From IMG/VR virus record IMGVR_UViG_3300027859_000009, positions 16,535 through 80,534 of that record: 64,000 bases of DNA. The stretch is one strand, 5' to 3'. The notes beneath the pieces were generated by a model. It was not told where the DNA came from and did not search any database. It saw only the letters and a program-made list of their open reading frames with translations. This DNA comes from a virus. The position numbers and the translations under genes are program-made. Of the stretch, positions 41,402 to 50,041 are shown piece after piece; position 1 is the stretch's first letter; each line of letters begins with the position of its first letter.

Positions 41402-41941
41402 ATGATTTGTAAAAAATGTAACGAAATTATTCCACAGGCTAGAGTAGATTTAGGTTACTCTGTTTGTGTTGAATGCTCAGAAGTAGAAAAGTATGGATGT
41501 GTTGATGTTGTACAGCATAAGACTGGAAATACAATCGAAGTACTTTCTAGAAAAGATGCAGAACAGGCAAACAAATTAACTCAAAGGACTGGGTTTGGAA
41601 CTCTAAGAAGTTTAAGATCTGGCACCACTAAAAAAGAAAAACATGTTGGTGGTCAATGTTGTTCAAATGCTTTTGTAGGAAACGAAAAAAGTTTTGAAGA
41701 AGTTGGAAAAGACTGTATGTTATGGGTAGAACTTGAAGATTGGAATAAAGTAACTTATACTCTTCAAAAAGCTCTAGATAAAAGAGAAATTTCAAAAAGT
41801 CAATGGCATCAACTAACCCGAATATTTAAAGAGTTCATGCCGAAAGAAGAAAACAAAATACAAAAAACGATTATAAAATCAGTAGATGAAGAAATCAACC
41901 ATGTATTTAAAAATTGGCGAAATTCAAAAATTTATAAATAA
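41402..41941 (+). CDS. protein with DksA/TraR-type C4 zinc finger
   Basis: CKKCNEIIPQAR.......CVEC. Confidence 0.65.
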   Translation: MICKKCNEIIPQARVDLGYSVCVECSEVEKYGCVDVVQHKTGNTIEVLSRKDAEQANKLTQRTGFGTLRSLRSGTTKKEKHVGGQCCSNAFVGNEKSFEEVGKDCMLWVELEDWNKVTYTLQKALDKREISKSQWHQLTRIFKEFMPKEENKIQKTIIKSVDEEINHVFKNWRNSKIYK

Positions 41942-41960
41942 AAGTTAAAATAAATCACTC

Positions 41961-42003
41961 CAGATTTTTTTATGTCGTTTATTATGATTATATTTATACT
42001 ATA
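41961..42003 (+). promoter_or_regulatory. class I promoter repeat upstream of the NAD+ operon
   Basis: Same motif. Confidence 0.8.
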
Positions 42004-42016
42004 ACAAATTAAAGAT

Positions 42017-42880
42017 ATGCTACAACTTAACTTATATCCAAATCAGAAAAAAGGAATCAACTACGAAATTTATAAATTTCCAGACGGTCAACAATCTATT
42101 AAAATAGATGAATTTGCATTTCAACATGATCGATTTGAGGTAGAAATTGTAAGTCCTTTTACTTCATTCCTAGATTTAGAATTAATAATCTGTGCAAATC
42201 AAGCTCTTAAAGAAATGGGAGTTCAAAAAGTCAGTTTATATACACCATATTTCTTAGGTGGTAGAAGTGATAGAAAATTCGAAGAAGGAACTTCAAACTA
42301 TTTAAAAACAGTAGTTTGCCCAATTATTAACAGTCAAAACTTTCATAGAGTTACTGTTTTAGACCCACATTCAGATGTAATAGAAGCGTGTCTTAATAAC
42401 TTTAAAGGAATCGATACTGTTGATTTCGCTGAACAAGTTTTAAAAGATGTAAAAGCTCAATATTATCCGGTACAAGATTTAGAATATCCTATCGTGCTTG
42501 TATCTCCAGATGCAGGTGCTCTCAAAAAAGTATTTAAAATTCAGAAAAGTACAGGTATTAAAAACCTAGTTATTGGTTCTAAGAATAGAGATGTCAAAGG
42601 ACAAATAACACATACTTCTATTTCAGGACTGAAAGACATAAATATCTCAAACGCAACCTATATTATCTTCGATGATATATGCGATGGAGGTAGAACTTTC
42701 CTTGAACTTGCTAAAGTTATAAAAAAGGAAAAAGAAAATGCTAGAATAGTTTTAGCAGTAACACATGGTCTTTTTACTAAAGGTCTTCCGATCGAACATG
42801 TTGACCACGTATACACCACAGACTCTATTGTTCGTGAATTTGAATCAAAGAGTCTTACTATTATAAATTGTAACAAATAA
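42017..42880 (+). CDS. PRPP-synthetase-like enzyme (probable Adps, ADPR-PP synthase)
   Basis: FPDGQ, PYF.G.RSDR, DPHS, VSPDAGA, DDICDGGRTF, THG. Confidence 0.85.
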   Translation: MLQLNLYPNQKKGINYEIYKFPDGQQSIKIDEFAFQHDRFEVEIVSPFTSFLDLELIICANQALKEMGVQKVSLYTPYFLGGRSDRKFEEGTSNYLKTVVCPIINSQNFHRVTVLDPHSDVIEACLNNFKGIDTVDFAEQVLKDVKAQYYPVQDLEYPIVLVSPDAGALKKVFKIQKSTGIKNLVIGSKNRDVKGQITHTSISGLKDINISNATYIIFDDICDGGRTFLELAKVIKKEKENARIVLAVTHGLFTKGLPIEHVDHVYTTDSIVREFESKSLTIINCNK

Positions 42881-42891
42881 AAATCAATAAT

Positions 42892-44409
42892 ATGAAAATG
42901 AACAGCTTATTTTTAACAGATGGTTATAAAACTGGACACCATCAACAATATCCAAAAGGAACAAACACAGTTTATTCTAACTGGACACCAAGAGGAAACA
43001 AGTATGCACCGAGAGGTTGTGATAAAGTCGTTTCATTTGGACAACAAATGGTAATTCAATGGTTAGTAGACCATTTTAATGATAACTTCTTTAGTCAACC
43101 TAAAGAAAAAGTTTGCGGTCAAATGAAAGCTGAATTGTCAATGTACTTAAATACAGACTATGATGTAACTCATTTCGAAGAACTTCACGATTTAGGTTAT
43201 CTTCCTATTGAAGTTAAATCTTTAGAAGAAGGAATCGAAGTTCCTTTAAGAGTTCCAATGTTGACAGTACAAAATACTGGAAACTTTGGATGGTTAACTA
43301 ACTTTTTAGAGACTATTTTATCTAATATGTTATGGCAACCAATGACTTCAGCGACAATCGCTTTGTTATACAAGCGAATTTTAACTGAAGGTGCTTTAAA
43401 AACAGACAAAGATGCAATTGGTTTTGTAGACTTCCAGGGACATGATTTTTCTATGAGAGGAATGGGAGGATTTATGAGTACTATCTTAAGTGGACTAGGA
43501 CATGCTGCCGCATTTAGTGGAAGTGATTCTTTGCCAGTTATTGCAGCAGCCAGAAACTACTACAACGAATCTGGTTTCGTTGTCGGTTCAGTAAATGCCA
43601 CGGAGCATTCAGTAATGTGTGCTGGAACTAAAGGAGATGAATTAGGAACCTTTAGAAGATTAATGGATACCTATCCAACAGGAATATTAAGTATTGTATC
43701 TGATACCTGGGACTTATGGACAGTAGTCACTGATTATTTACCAGCATTAAAAGACGAAATTATGAGTCGAGATGGTAAAATAGTTATTCGACCTGACAGC
43801 GGAGACCCGGTAGATATTCTTTGTGGATATAACTCTCTTACGACAGACGAGTTCAAGGGCAAGGCAATCACTGTGGGTGATGCACATCCTGCTAATAAAG
43901 GTTTAATTGAACTTTTATGGGAAACCTTTGGAGGAACTACAAATTCACAGGGCTACAAAGTCTTAGACCAACATATTGGAGCAATTTATGGAGATAGTAT
44001 TACTCCAGATCGAGCAAGACAAATTATTGAAAGACTTGCTAGAAAAGGATTCGCTTCTACAAACGTAGTTCTAGGTATTGGAAGTTACACTTATCAATAT
44101 AACACTAGAGATACATTTGGTTTCGCAATGAAAGCAACCTATGTTGAAGTTGAAGGAAAAGGAAGAGAAATCTTTAAAGACCCTATCACAGATGATGGAA
44201 CCAAAAAATCTGCAAAAGGTTTATTACATGTAAGTAAGAACCCAGAAACTGGAGAACTAGAACTAAGAGATATGGTTTCTAGAAAAACAGAAGCAGAAGG
44301 AGAATTAAAAACTATTTTCAAAGACGGTAAATTCTACAATAGAACTACCTTAACTGAAGTTAGAAATAAAATCTCTAACTTGATTACAGACCCTAAATTG
44401 GTTAAATAA
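42892..44409 (+). CDS. nicotinamide phosphoribosyltransferase-like enzyme (NadV / probable Namat)
   Basis: TDGYK.GH, HDFSMRG, ATEHSVM, SIVSDTWD, IRPDSGDP, IYGDSIT, KDPITD.G.KKSAKG. Confidence 0.9.
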   Translation: MKMNSLFLTDGYKTGHHQQYPKGTNTVYSNWTPRGNKYAPRGCDKVVSFGQQMVIQWLVDHFNDNFFSQPKEKVCGQMKAELSMYLNTDYDVTHFEELHDLGYLPIEVKSLEEGIEVPLRVPMLTVQNTGNFGWLTNFLETILSNMLWQPMTSATIALLYKRILTEGALKTDKDAIGFVDFQGHDFSMRGMGGFMSTILSGLGHAAAFSGSDSLPVIAAARNYYNESGFVVGSVNATEHSVMCAGTKGDELGTFRRLMDTYPTGILSIVSDTWDLWTVVTDYLPALKDEIMSRDGKIVIRPDSGDPVDILCGYNSLTTDEFKGKAITVGDAHPANKGLIELLWETFGGTTNSQGYKVLDQHIGAIYGDSITPDRARQIIERLARKGFASTNVVLGIGSYTYQYNTRDTFGFAMKATYVEVEGKGREIFKDPITDDGTKKSAKGLLHVSKNPETGELELRDMVSRKTEAEGELKTIFKDGKFYNRTTLTEVRNKISNLITDPKLVK

Positions 44410-44426
44410 AAATCATAGATAAATAT

Positions 44427-44455
44427 AGCAGAGTGAAACTATTCACTCTGCTTTT
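44427..44455 (+). terminator. intrinsic terminator overlapping a class II promoter (AAAC at 44436)
   Basis: AGCAGAGTGAA-ACTA-TTCACTCTGCTTTT. Confidence 0.8.
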
Positions 44456-44466
44456 ATATTAAAAGT

Positions 44467-44730
44467 ATGCAGTTAAAAGAACAAATTATATACGTTAAAA
44501 AAATTGTAAGTAGTTGCAAAACAGAAGAACAAAAAACTGTAGCGACTTCTTGGGCTGAAAACTGGGCTAAAAGAATGCAAAAGATATTTCCCAATGTTAT
44601 AGATAATTGGGTAGATTTATTTATAGAGGTTATGCAAGTTAAATGTACATGTTCAACTGGAAAAGTTGTTAAGTCACATAACCCAAACTGCAGTTATATG
44701 AATGAAATCTTTGGAGAAAATGTGGGATAG
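44467..44730 (+). CDS. hypothetical protein
   Basis: ORF with CxC...H...C at C-terminus. Confidence 0.55.
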   Translation: MQLKEQIIYVKKIVSSCKTEEQKTVATSWAENWAKRMQKIFPNVIDNWVDLFIEVMQVKCTCSTGKVVKSHNPNCSYMNEIFGENVG

Positions 44731-44989
44731 AGATAGTAGAATTTTAATGGTATTTCTTTTATTCCTTTTAGGTTTAATTCTTTTAGCATCTTGTGGAACT
44801 AAAGTAATTACAATAAAAGAGCAATTTCCAGTAACTTTTAAATATGAACTAGAGATTCCCCACCATAACTTAAATAATGAGTGTTTTCCTGAAAAAACCA
44901 TAACATTTTTATGTAAAGATACCATTAAATTAGAATATGAATATGTTAGAAATTTTAAAAGATATATAAGGAGAAATGGCAAAAAATAA
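44702..44989 (+). CDS. putative lipoprotein
   Basis: Hydrophobic signal ending in lipobox LASC. Confidence 0.55.
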   Translation: MKSLEKMWDRDSRILMVFLLFLLGLILLASCGTKVITIKEQFPVTFKYELEIPHHNLNNECFPEKTITFLCKDTIKLEYEYVRNFKRYIRRNGKK

Positions 44990-45299
44990 AAAGTCAGTGA
45001 AAAAGCTTAAAGTAATACATGAAGAGTATAAAACTCTAAAACCAGGTGAGTTTAGACACGTTATTTTAGAGAATTTCTTTTTTGGTTTAAGTGGAGCTAT
45101 CATAGTCCCATTTATCGCAGTTAGGTTAGATATAGCTGTTCTTATATGTTATATGATTCACTATTTCTATATTAGTAAAGTTATTAATAGGCCTAAATAT
45201 GTTACTAGCCTTGCAAAATTTTTATTATTTCCTATTCCTACTGCACTAGGAGGCTTTACAGGATACAAACTAGCATATTATATAAGTACACTACTATGA
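44976..45299 (+). CDS. membrane protein
   Basis: About three hydrophobic segments. Confidence 0.6.
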   Translation: MAKNKKSVKKLKVIHEEYKTLKPGEFRHVILENFFFGLSGAIIVPFIAVRLDIAVLICYMIHYFYISKVINRPKYVTSLAKFLLFPIPTALGGFTGYKLAYYISTLL

Positions 45300-45475
45300 C
45301 GAAAAAAACAGCATCTCAGAAAGATTACGAGCACATTAATTTAATTTTAAATGAAGCTGAAAAGCATGGTTTAAAATGGGAAGTAGAACACGATGCTATA
45401 AAAATAATGAAAGAGCACCCAACTATGGATATGGTAGACGCATTTACACATGCATTTAATAATTGGGTAAAATAA
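45296..45475 (+). CDS. hypothetical protein (59 aa)
   Basis: Hand-translated MTKKTASQKD...AFNNWVK; ATGA overlap. Confidence 0.6.
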   Translation: MTKKTASQKDYEHINLILNEAEKHGLKWEVEHDAIKIMKEHPTMDMVDAFTHAFNNWVK

Positions 45476-45481
45476 ACTAAA

Positions 45482-45670
45482 ATGGCAAAATTAATAAAAA
45501 CAGTAGTAATACAAAAAACAATTACATACGAGGCAGATCTTTCTAAACAAGAGATAGAACAGTATTTAGAAAATGAAGATAGTTGCGTACTATTTGACTT
45601 TAAAGAAACTGAAGCTAAAGAAAGACAAACAGAGTGGGTAAGAATTTACACAGACCAAACACCATATTAA
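45482..45670 (+). CDS. hypothetical protein
   Basis: ORF in operon. Confidence 0.55.
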   Translation: MAKLIKTVVIQKTITYEADLSKQEIEQYLENEDSCVLFDFKETEAKERQTEWVRIYTDQTPY

Positions 45671-45835
45671 ATGACAAGAAAAGAATACGACAATAAACTT
45701 AATCAACTTTTAGAAAAAATTGAAGAACTAGAAAACAGCTCTGAAAAAAATTCTTTAGAAAAATTAAAACAATTAAGAAACGAAGTAGCAAGACTTAAAT
45801 TAGAAAATTTAAACTTTTCTAATATTTTAGGTTAA
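45671..45835 (+). CDS. small coiled-coil protein (54 aa)
   Basis: Hand-translated MTRKEYDNKL...NILG. Confidence 0.5.
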   Translation: MTRKEYDNKLNQLLEKIEELENSSEKNSLEKLKQLRNEVARLKLENLNFSNILG

Positions 45836-45840
45836 GTCAT

Positions 45841-45866
45841 AAACTTTTTTTATTTTTTTAATATAA
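45841..45866 (+). promoter_or_regulatory. class II promoter
   Basis: AAAC-N17-TATAA. Confidence 0.6.
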
Positions 45867-45871
45867 CATAC

Positions 45872-46345
45872 ATGAAAATTATTTTAGTAGGAAAAGCAGC
45901 AGCAGGAAAAGATTATTTAAGAGAAAGATTAGAAAATAAATCTTTTATTTCTGGTGTAAGTCATACAACTAGACCTCCAAGAAAAACAGAAAAAGACGGT
46001 GTAGATTATCATTATACTACAGAAGAAAAGTTTATAGAACTTATAGATTCCGGAGAAATGTTAGAACACATGATATTCAAAGGAACTTATTATGGTTTAA
46101 CAAAAGAAGAGTTTGAAAAAGGAGATATACTTATTATGTCTCCAGAAGGTTTAGAGCTTTTACCAGAAGACCTTAAAAATAAGTGCTTAATAATCTATTT
46201 AGATATTGAACCTACTACCAGATTAGTCCGATTAATCTTACGTAATGATAAAAACGACACATTAGAACGTAGATTCGAGGCAGATGAAAAGCAATTTAAA
46301 AACTTTCAAGAATTCGATTTAAGGGTAACGAATTCAGAATTTTAA
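45872..46345 (+). CDS. gmk: guanylate kinase
   Basis: GKAAAGKD P-loop, SHTTRPPR..E.DGVDYHY, YYG. Confidence 0.88.
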   Translation: MKIILVGKAAAGKDYLRERLENKSFISGVSHTTRPPRKTEKDGVDYHYTTEEKFIELIDSGEMLEHMIFKGTYYGLTKEEFEKGDILIMSPEGLELLPEDLKNKCLIIYLDIEPTTRLVRLILRNDKNDTLERRFEADEKQFKNFQEFDLRVTNSEF

Positions 46346-46378
46346 AGATATATAATTAACACCCTAAAATTTATATAA

Positions 46379-46927
46379 ATGTCAAAACTAGAAGACTTAA
46401 GAAAAAGAAGAGATGAACTAGAAAAAGAAGCACAGAGACTAACAGAGCTAGAAGCATCTAAAATTTTCACAGTAAAAATCGATGATGTGAAAATGATTAA
46501 AACAATCCAAGACCACCTTAACAAAGGTTACACATGGACCACAAAAAACGCAGCAATTATCGTAACTCTATACGATAAGTTGAAAACTGAAAGAACTAGA
46601 ATTACTAAAGAGGTTGCTGAACTTGGAACAGACCAAGAGGTTACTGATTACCAATCAGTTCTTGAATTAAAAGCCTATGAGCTTAATGGTTTGTATCAAG
46701 CTCTATTGAATGTAAGCGGAGAAGGTATCGAAAATGCTAGAAAATTTATTAGAATGCTAACACTTGTTGGCGAATCAGTTACCGGAGCAATGAATGAAAT
46801 GACCGAATCTAATAAAGTTATTACAGACCTGCACGTTGAATTAAATGACCTAGATGGAACTATTCAGCACCTAGAAGAGTCAGAAAAAACAGAAGAACTC
46901 GAACCTACTTTGACTAAAGACGTTTAA
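46379..46927 (+). CDS. hypothetical coiled-coil protein
   Basis: Late motif at 46347. Confidence 0.6.
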   Translation: MSKLEDLRKRRDELEKEAQRLTELEASKIFTVKIDDVKMIKTIQDHLNKGYTWTTKNAAIIVTLYDKLKTERTRITKEVAELGTDQEVTDYQSVLELKAYELNGLYQALLNVSGEGIENARKFIRMLTLVGESVTGAMNEMTESNKVITDLHVELNDLDGTIQHLEESEKTEELEPTLTKDV

Positions 46928-46936
46928 TTTTTCTAA

Positions 46937-47464
46937 ATGAAAGGTAAAACTTATATCACATCAAATATGCAACTTGGAAGGCCTTCTGCCATTGGAAAAT
47001 GGAAAAGGCCTTTTAAAAATGTTGATGAAATGACAGAAACTCTAATAAAAAATTGGAACGATACTGTCACAGAAAGAGATACTGTATATCATTTGGGTAA
47101 TTTTGCATGGGACCCTAAAACAGCATACGACTCTATACAAGCATTAAAAGGATTAAATATTTACTTTATTCTTGCTGAAACTGATGAGCCTTTATTAGAA
47201 TTATGGGATAAAAATACACTTCCTAAAAATGTAAAAATAATAGATGATATTTATTTCGATTCTGATAATAATAGAGTTTATTCATATTGGCCTTTGAAAG
47301 AATGGAAAAATAAATCAAAAGGAGCGTATAATATTGTTGGATATCCCAATAGAAAATATAAAACTTTACCAAAAAATAAAGTTATCAATTGCAGTGTAGA
47401 CCAGTGTAATTTTAAACCGCAAGACTTAGAATCAATATTAGGTCTTCTTAAAGAAATAGAATAA
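46937..47464 (+). CDS. calcineurin-like phosphoesterase homologue with degenerate active site
   Basis: RPF..VDEM...LI.NWN..V...DTVYHLG scaffold kept; metal ligands replaced. Confidence 0.7.
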   Translation: MKGKTYITSNMQLGRPSAIGKWKRPFKNVDEMTETLIKNWNDTVTERDTVYHLGNFAWDPKTAYDSIQALKGLNIYFILAETDEPLLELWDKNTLPKNVKIIDDIYFDSDNNRVYSYWPLKEWKNKSKGAYNIVGYPNRKYKTLPKNKVINCSVDQCNFKPQDLESILGLLKEIE

Positions 47465-47485
47465 AAATTTTAAAAATAAATGACA

Positions 47486-47528
47486 CAGGATTTTTTTATG
47501 TCGTTTATTTTTCTTATATTTATACTAT
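47486..47528 (+). promoter_or_regulatory. class I promoter repeat upstream of ECF sigma
   Basis: GGATTTTTTTATGTCGTTTATTTTTCTTATATTTATACT. Confidence 0.8.
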
Positions 47529-47553
47529 ATTAAAAACACAAAAACGTACATAT

Positions 47554-48153
47554 ATGAAACAATTAACTTACAGAGAATTAGGAGAAAACTTCTACAACAC
47601 CCGATCAGAAAAAGACTATAATAAGCTTTATTTAAGAGTAAAACCAGGTCTTAAAAATTATATATTTAAAGTAGTAAAAGACAGTGAAGTTGCTGAAGAT
47701 TTACTATCTAATACTCTTGTAAAATTGTGGACTAAAATAGACCAATACAATCCAGAGTGGCAAATAACTACTTGGTTGTATAAAATTGCGTTTAACGAAT
47801 CTCTTGCATATATCAGAGAAAGAAATAAAAAGTCTTCTCTAGATGGAATGCGAGATGCTGGAGTTCAGCTATCAAGTAGTGGCGTAGTTAATGATTCTCT
47901 TTCTAGCTTAATAGAAAGCTTTGAACAAAAAACCGAAGAAGACTTTATTATGGAAGATGAAGAAATCATGAACCAATATCATAGTGCTCTTAAAGCAATT
48001 GATAATTTAAAGCCAATGTATAAAGGTATTATGGAAGACCGTCTTATTAAAAATATGAAATACGAAGATATTGCAGATAAGCATAAAGTCAATCTACAAA
48101 CTGTTAAGAACAGAATTAGACGTGGTAAGGTATTAATCTCAGAAAATATTTAA
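47554..48153 (+). CDS. RNA polymerase ECF-type sigma-70 factor
   Basis: Region 2 AEDL....VKLW......TTWLYKIA.N; region 4 L...Y......MKYEDIA......TVKNRIRRG. Confidence 0.9.
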   Translation: MKQLTYRELGENFYNTRSEKDYNKLYLRVKPGLKNYIFKVVKDSEVAEDLLSNTLVKLWTKIDQYNPEWQITTWLYKIAFNESLAYIRERNKKSSLDGMRDAGVQLSSSGVVNDSLSSLIESFEQKTEEDFIMEDEEIMNQYHSALKAIDNLKPMYKGIMEDRLIKNMKYEDIADKHKVNLQTVKNRIRRGKVLISENI

Positions 48154-48155
48154 AA

Positions 48156-48341
48156 ATGGATAAAGATTTAACAGAAAAAGAAGTAGAGATGTTAGTAAGA
48201 TTAAATTCTAGAGCTTTAAAGATAGTTAAAATAGAAGAACATTTCTTAAAAAATAAATTAAGAATAGATACCAAATATCTAGATACACTTACAACAAAAG
48301 AAATAGATAACATAATAAATACGCACTGCATTGAAAAATAG
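48156..48341 (+). CDS. hypothetical protein
   Basis: Small ORF directly after sigma. Confidence 0.5.
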   Translation: MDKDLTEKEVEMLVRLNSRALKIVKIEEHFLKNKLRIDTKYLDTLTTKEIDNIINTHCIEK

Positions 48342-48513
48342 TAAAAGTATAAAAATAACCTATTATGGCTCAGGAGAAATATCCATGATAGAGGTTCCTA
48401 CTTTAACACAGCACTCTTTAGAATTTTATATGGAACAATATCAAAGAAATAGAGAAGCTTTTAAGTGGGAAATTGTAGAAGATAATAAAAAGATATATAA
48501 AAAAACAAAGTAA
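48331..48513 (+). CDS. hypothetical protein
   Basis: Small ORF, TTG start. Confidence 0.45.
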   Translation: MKNSKSIKITYYGSGEISMIEVPTLTQHSLEFYMEQYQRNREAFKWEIVEDNKKIYKKTK

Positions 48514-48518
48514 AAAAG

Positions 48519-48830
48519 ATGGAAGAAAAAGAACATATATTAGATACTATTCTGAATAAAGTAGGAGATTCATTGACTGAAGGAGTTGAGATTTTTTTAG
48601 CTAGAGACCCTGAAGATAATGAAGTTTTAGCAATTCAAACAAAAGATTGGCAAAAAGGTCTTTCAATAGATCAGCTAGTTAATAGTTATGGAAGTTTTAG
48701 AATATACACTGCAGATTCAGAAGAAGATGCTATCGAACAATTAGTAGAAAGCATTAAATTATCGATAGAAAACATGTTAAAAGAAGAACTTCCTTCTGAT
48801 GAAGATAAAACAGAGGAAGACAAAAGTTAA
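48519..48830 (+). CDS. acidic hypothetical protein
   Basis: Late motif at 48492. Confidence 0.6.
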   Translation: MEEKEHILDTILNKVGDSLTEGVEIFLARDPEDNEVLAIQTKDWQKGLSIDQLVNSYGSFRIYTADSEEDAIEQLVESIKLSIENMLKEELPSDEDKTEEDKS

Positions 48831-48836
48831 TCGTTC

Positions 48837-48909
48837 GGGGGATTGATGAAATCGGCTATCATAGCACCCTTGCACGGTGCCTTTCCGAGTTCGAGTCTCG
48901 GATCCTCCA
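48837..48909 (+). tRNA. tRNA-Ala(UGC), no encoded CCA
   Basis: Acceptor GGGGGAT/ATCCTCC with G3:U70; D stem ATGA/TCAT; anticodon arm GCACC-CTTGCAC-GGTGC; T arm CCGAG-TTCGAGT-CTCGG; followed by A-CAC. Confidence 0.92.
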
Positions 48910-48912
48910 CAC

Positions 48913-48940
48913 AAAAGCCCTATTAATTTAGGGCTTTTTT
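48913..48940 (+). terminator. intrinsic terminator after tRNA
   Basis: AAAAGCCCTA-loop-TAGGGCTTTTTT. Confidence 0.85.
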
Positions 48941-48946
48941 GTTTTT

Positions 48947-48972
48947 AAACAAAATACAAAAAAATTATATAA
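48947..48972 (+). promoter_or_regulatory. class II promoter
   Basis: AAAC-N17-TATAA. Confidence 0.6.
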
Positions 48973-48997
48973 TATACATAACTTTAAAATCTAAAAT

Positions 48998-49195
48998 ATG
49001 AGTGAAGAAAGAAAAATAATGCTAGAACTATTAGAACAATTACAAGAGACATTAAATGATGTACAAGAAGATGCTACAAAATTTAGTGAAAAAGGAAATA
49101 AAGCAGCCGGTACTAGAGTACGTAAGCAAATGCAAACAATTAAGTCATTGGCACAAGACGTAAGAGTCGCAGTTTCAGCAGCAAATAACGCTTAA
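48998..49195 (+). CDS. histone H1-like protein (Hc1 family, Bacteroidota type)
   Basis: DA.KF.EKGNKAAGTRVRK.MQ.IK..AQ.VR. Confidence 0.8.
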   Translation: MSEERKIMLELLEQLQETLNDVQEDATKFSEKGNKAAGTRVRKQMQTIKSLAQDVRVAVSAANNA

Positions 49196-49246
49196 TAAAA
49201 TTAATAAGGGTACTAAACATGCCCTTATTAAAAAACAAATTAAATC

Positions 49247-49732
49247 ATGAAACTTATATACAATTACATATTTTATCCTGTTCTATACTGGTATGGATTT
49301 TTAAAAGAGATTAGAATATGGCTTAAATTTATGAACACTACTAAGAAAAATAAAAAATTATTAGAAGAAAGTGAATTAAGAGTAGATTGGATAGGAAGAG
49401 TTTACGGTGTAGTCAATGTTCCTGATGAAGTTTTAGGAGCTGCTGAAGAAATTCAACAAGCTTATGTATTAAAAGAAATGGGAAGGTATGGAAAAGTTAT
49501 GACAGAATTAAAACTTTCAAATGTTGTGTATCCTCAAATGCAAGAAATACAAGGAACTGGGGCATACTTAGTTATATTTTGGCCAATACTCGATAAGCTC
49601 GACATACTTATTATTTTAGCAAATATATTAGGTTCAATTGCATGGTTCTTTTTAAATTGGATAATAGTTAAAATTTTAATTACTACCGGTGTAATATCTA
49701 CATTATGGAACTTTATATATAATTTAATATGA
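49247..49732 (+). CDS. membrane protein
   Basis: LRVDWIGRVYGVVN; C-terminal TM. Confidence 0.6.
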   Translation: MKLIYNYIFYPVLYWYGFLKEIRIWLKFMNTTKKNKKLLEESELRVDWIGRVYGVVNVPDEVLGAAEEIQQAYVLKEMGRYGKVMTELKLSNVVYPQMQEIQGTGAYLVIFWPILDKLDILIILANILGSIAWFFLNWIIVKILITTGVISTLWNFIYNLI

Positions 49733-49884
49733 ATTATATGGAAGATTTAAAAAAATACGCAGATGAAATTTCTTTTAGATTACTGGCAACTAGAAATCAT
49801 GAGGATTACGAATGGCTATTAGAAATTTTAAAAAAAATAAAAGATAGCGATGTTGATAAAAGTAAAGAGAGATTGGATAACTAA
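49729..49884 (+). CDS. hypothetical protein (51 aa)
   Basis: Hand-translated MNYMEDLKKY...ERLDN. Confidence 0.45.
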   Translation: MNYMEDLKKYADEISFRLLATRNHEDYEWLLEILKKIKDSDVDKSKERLDN

Positions 49885-50041
49885 AGAATTCGAGGTAGAA
49901 GTAGAAGGAGAAATTCTCATATTTAAAATTGTAAAAAAAGGAGAAAAAACCACTTACTTTATAGACAATATGCCTTATAACCCTAAATCGCCTTTTCATG
50001 AAAAGTTTATGAATAATTGGCCAAATTCATTTTTAATATGA
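49850..50041 (+). CDS. hypothetical protein
   Basis: Small ORF. Confidence 0.5.
   Translation: MLIKVKRDWITKEFEVEVEGEILIFKIVKKGEKTTYFIDNMPYNPKSPFHEKFMNNWPNSFLI

Larger units (their letters stand above)
40774..41405 (+). repeat. five 19-bp direct repeats (consensus TAAACCAAAACAAAGATGA) at micro-gene junctions
   Basis: Copies start at 40774, 40938, 41101, 41270, 41387; each supplies the next ATG at offset +15. Confidence 0.88.

Noticed and set aside
40774-41405. Direct-repeat array as a CRISPR
   Set aside because: Repeats are only 19 bp, intervals are 98-150 bp and uneven, and each interval is an intact ORF
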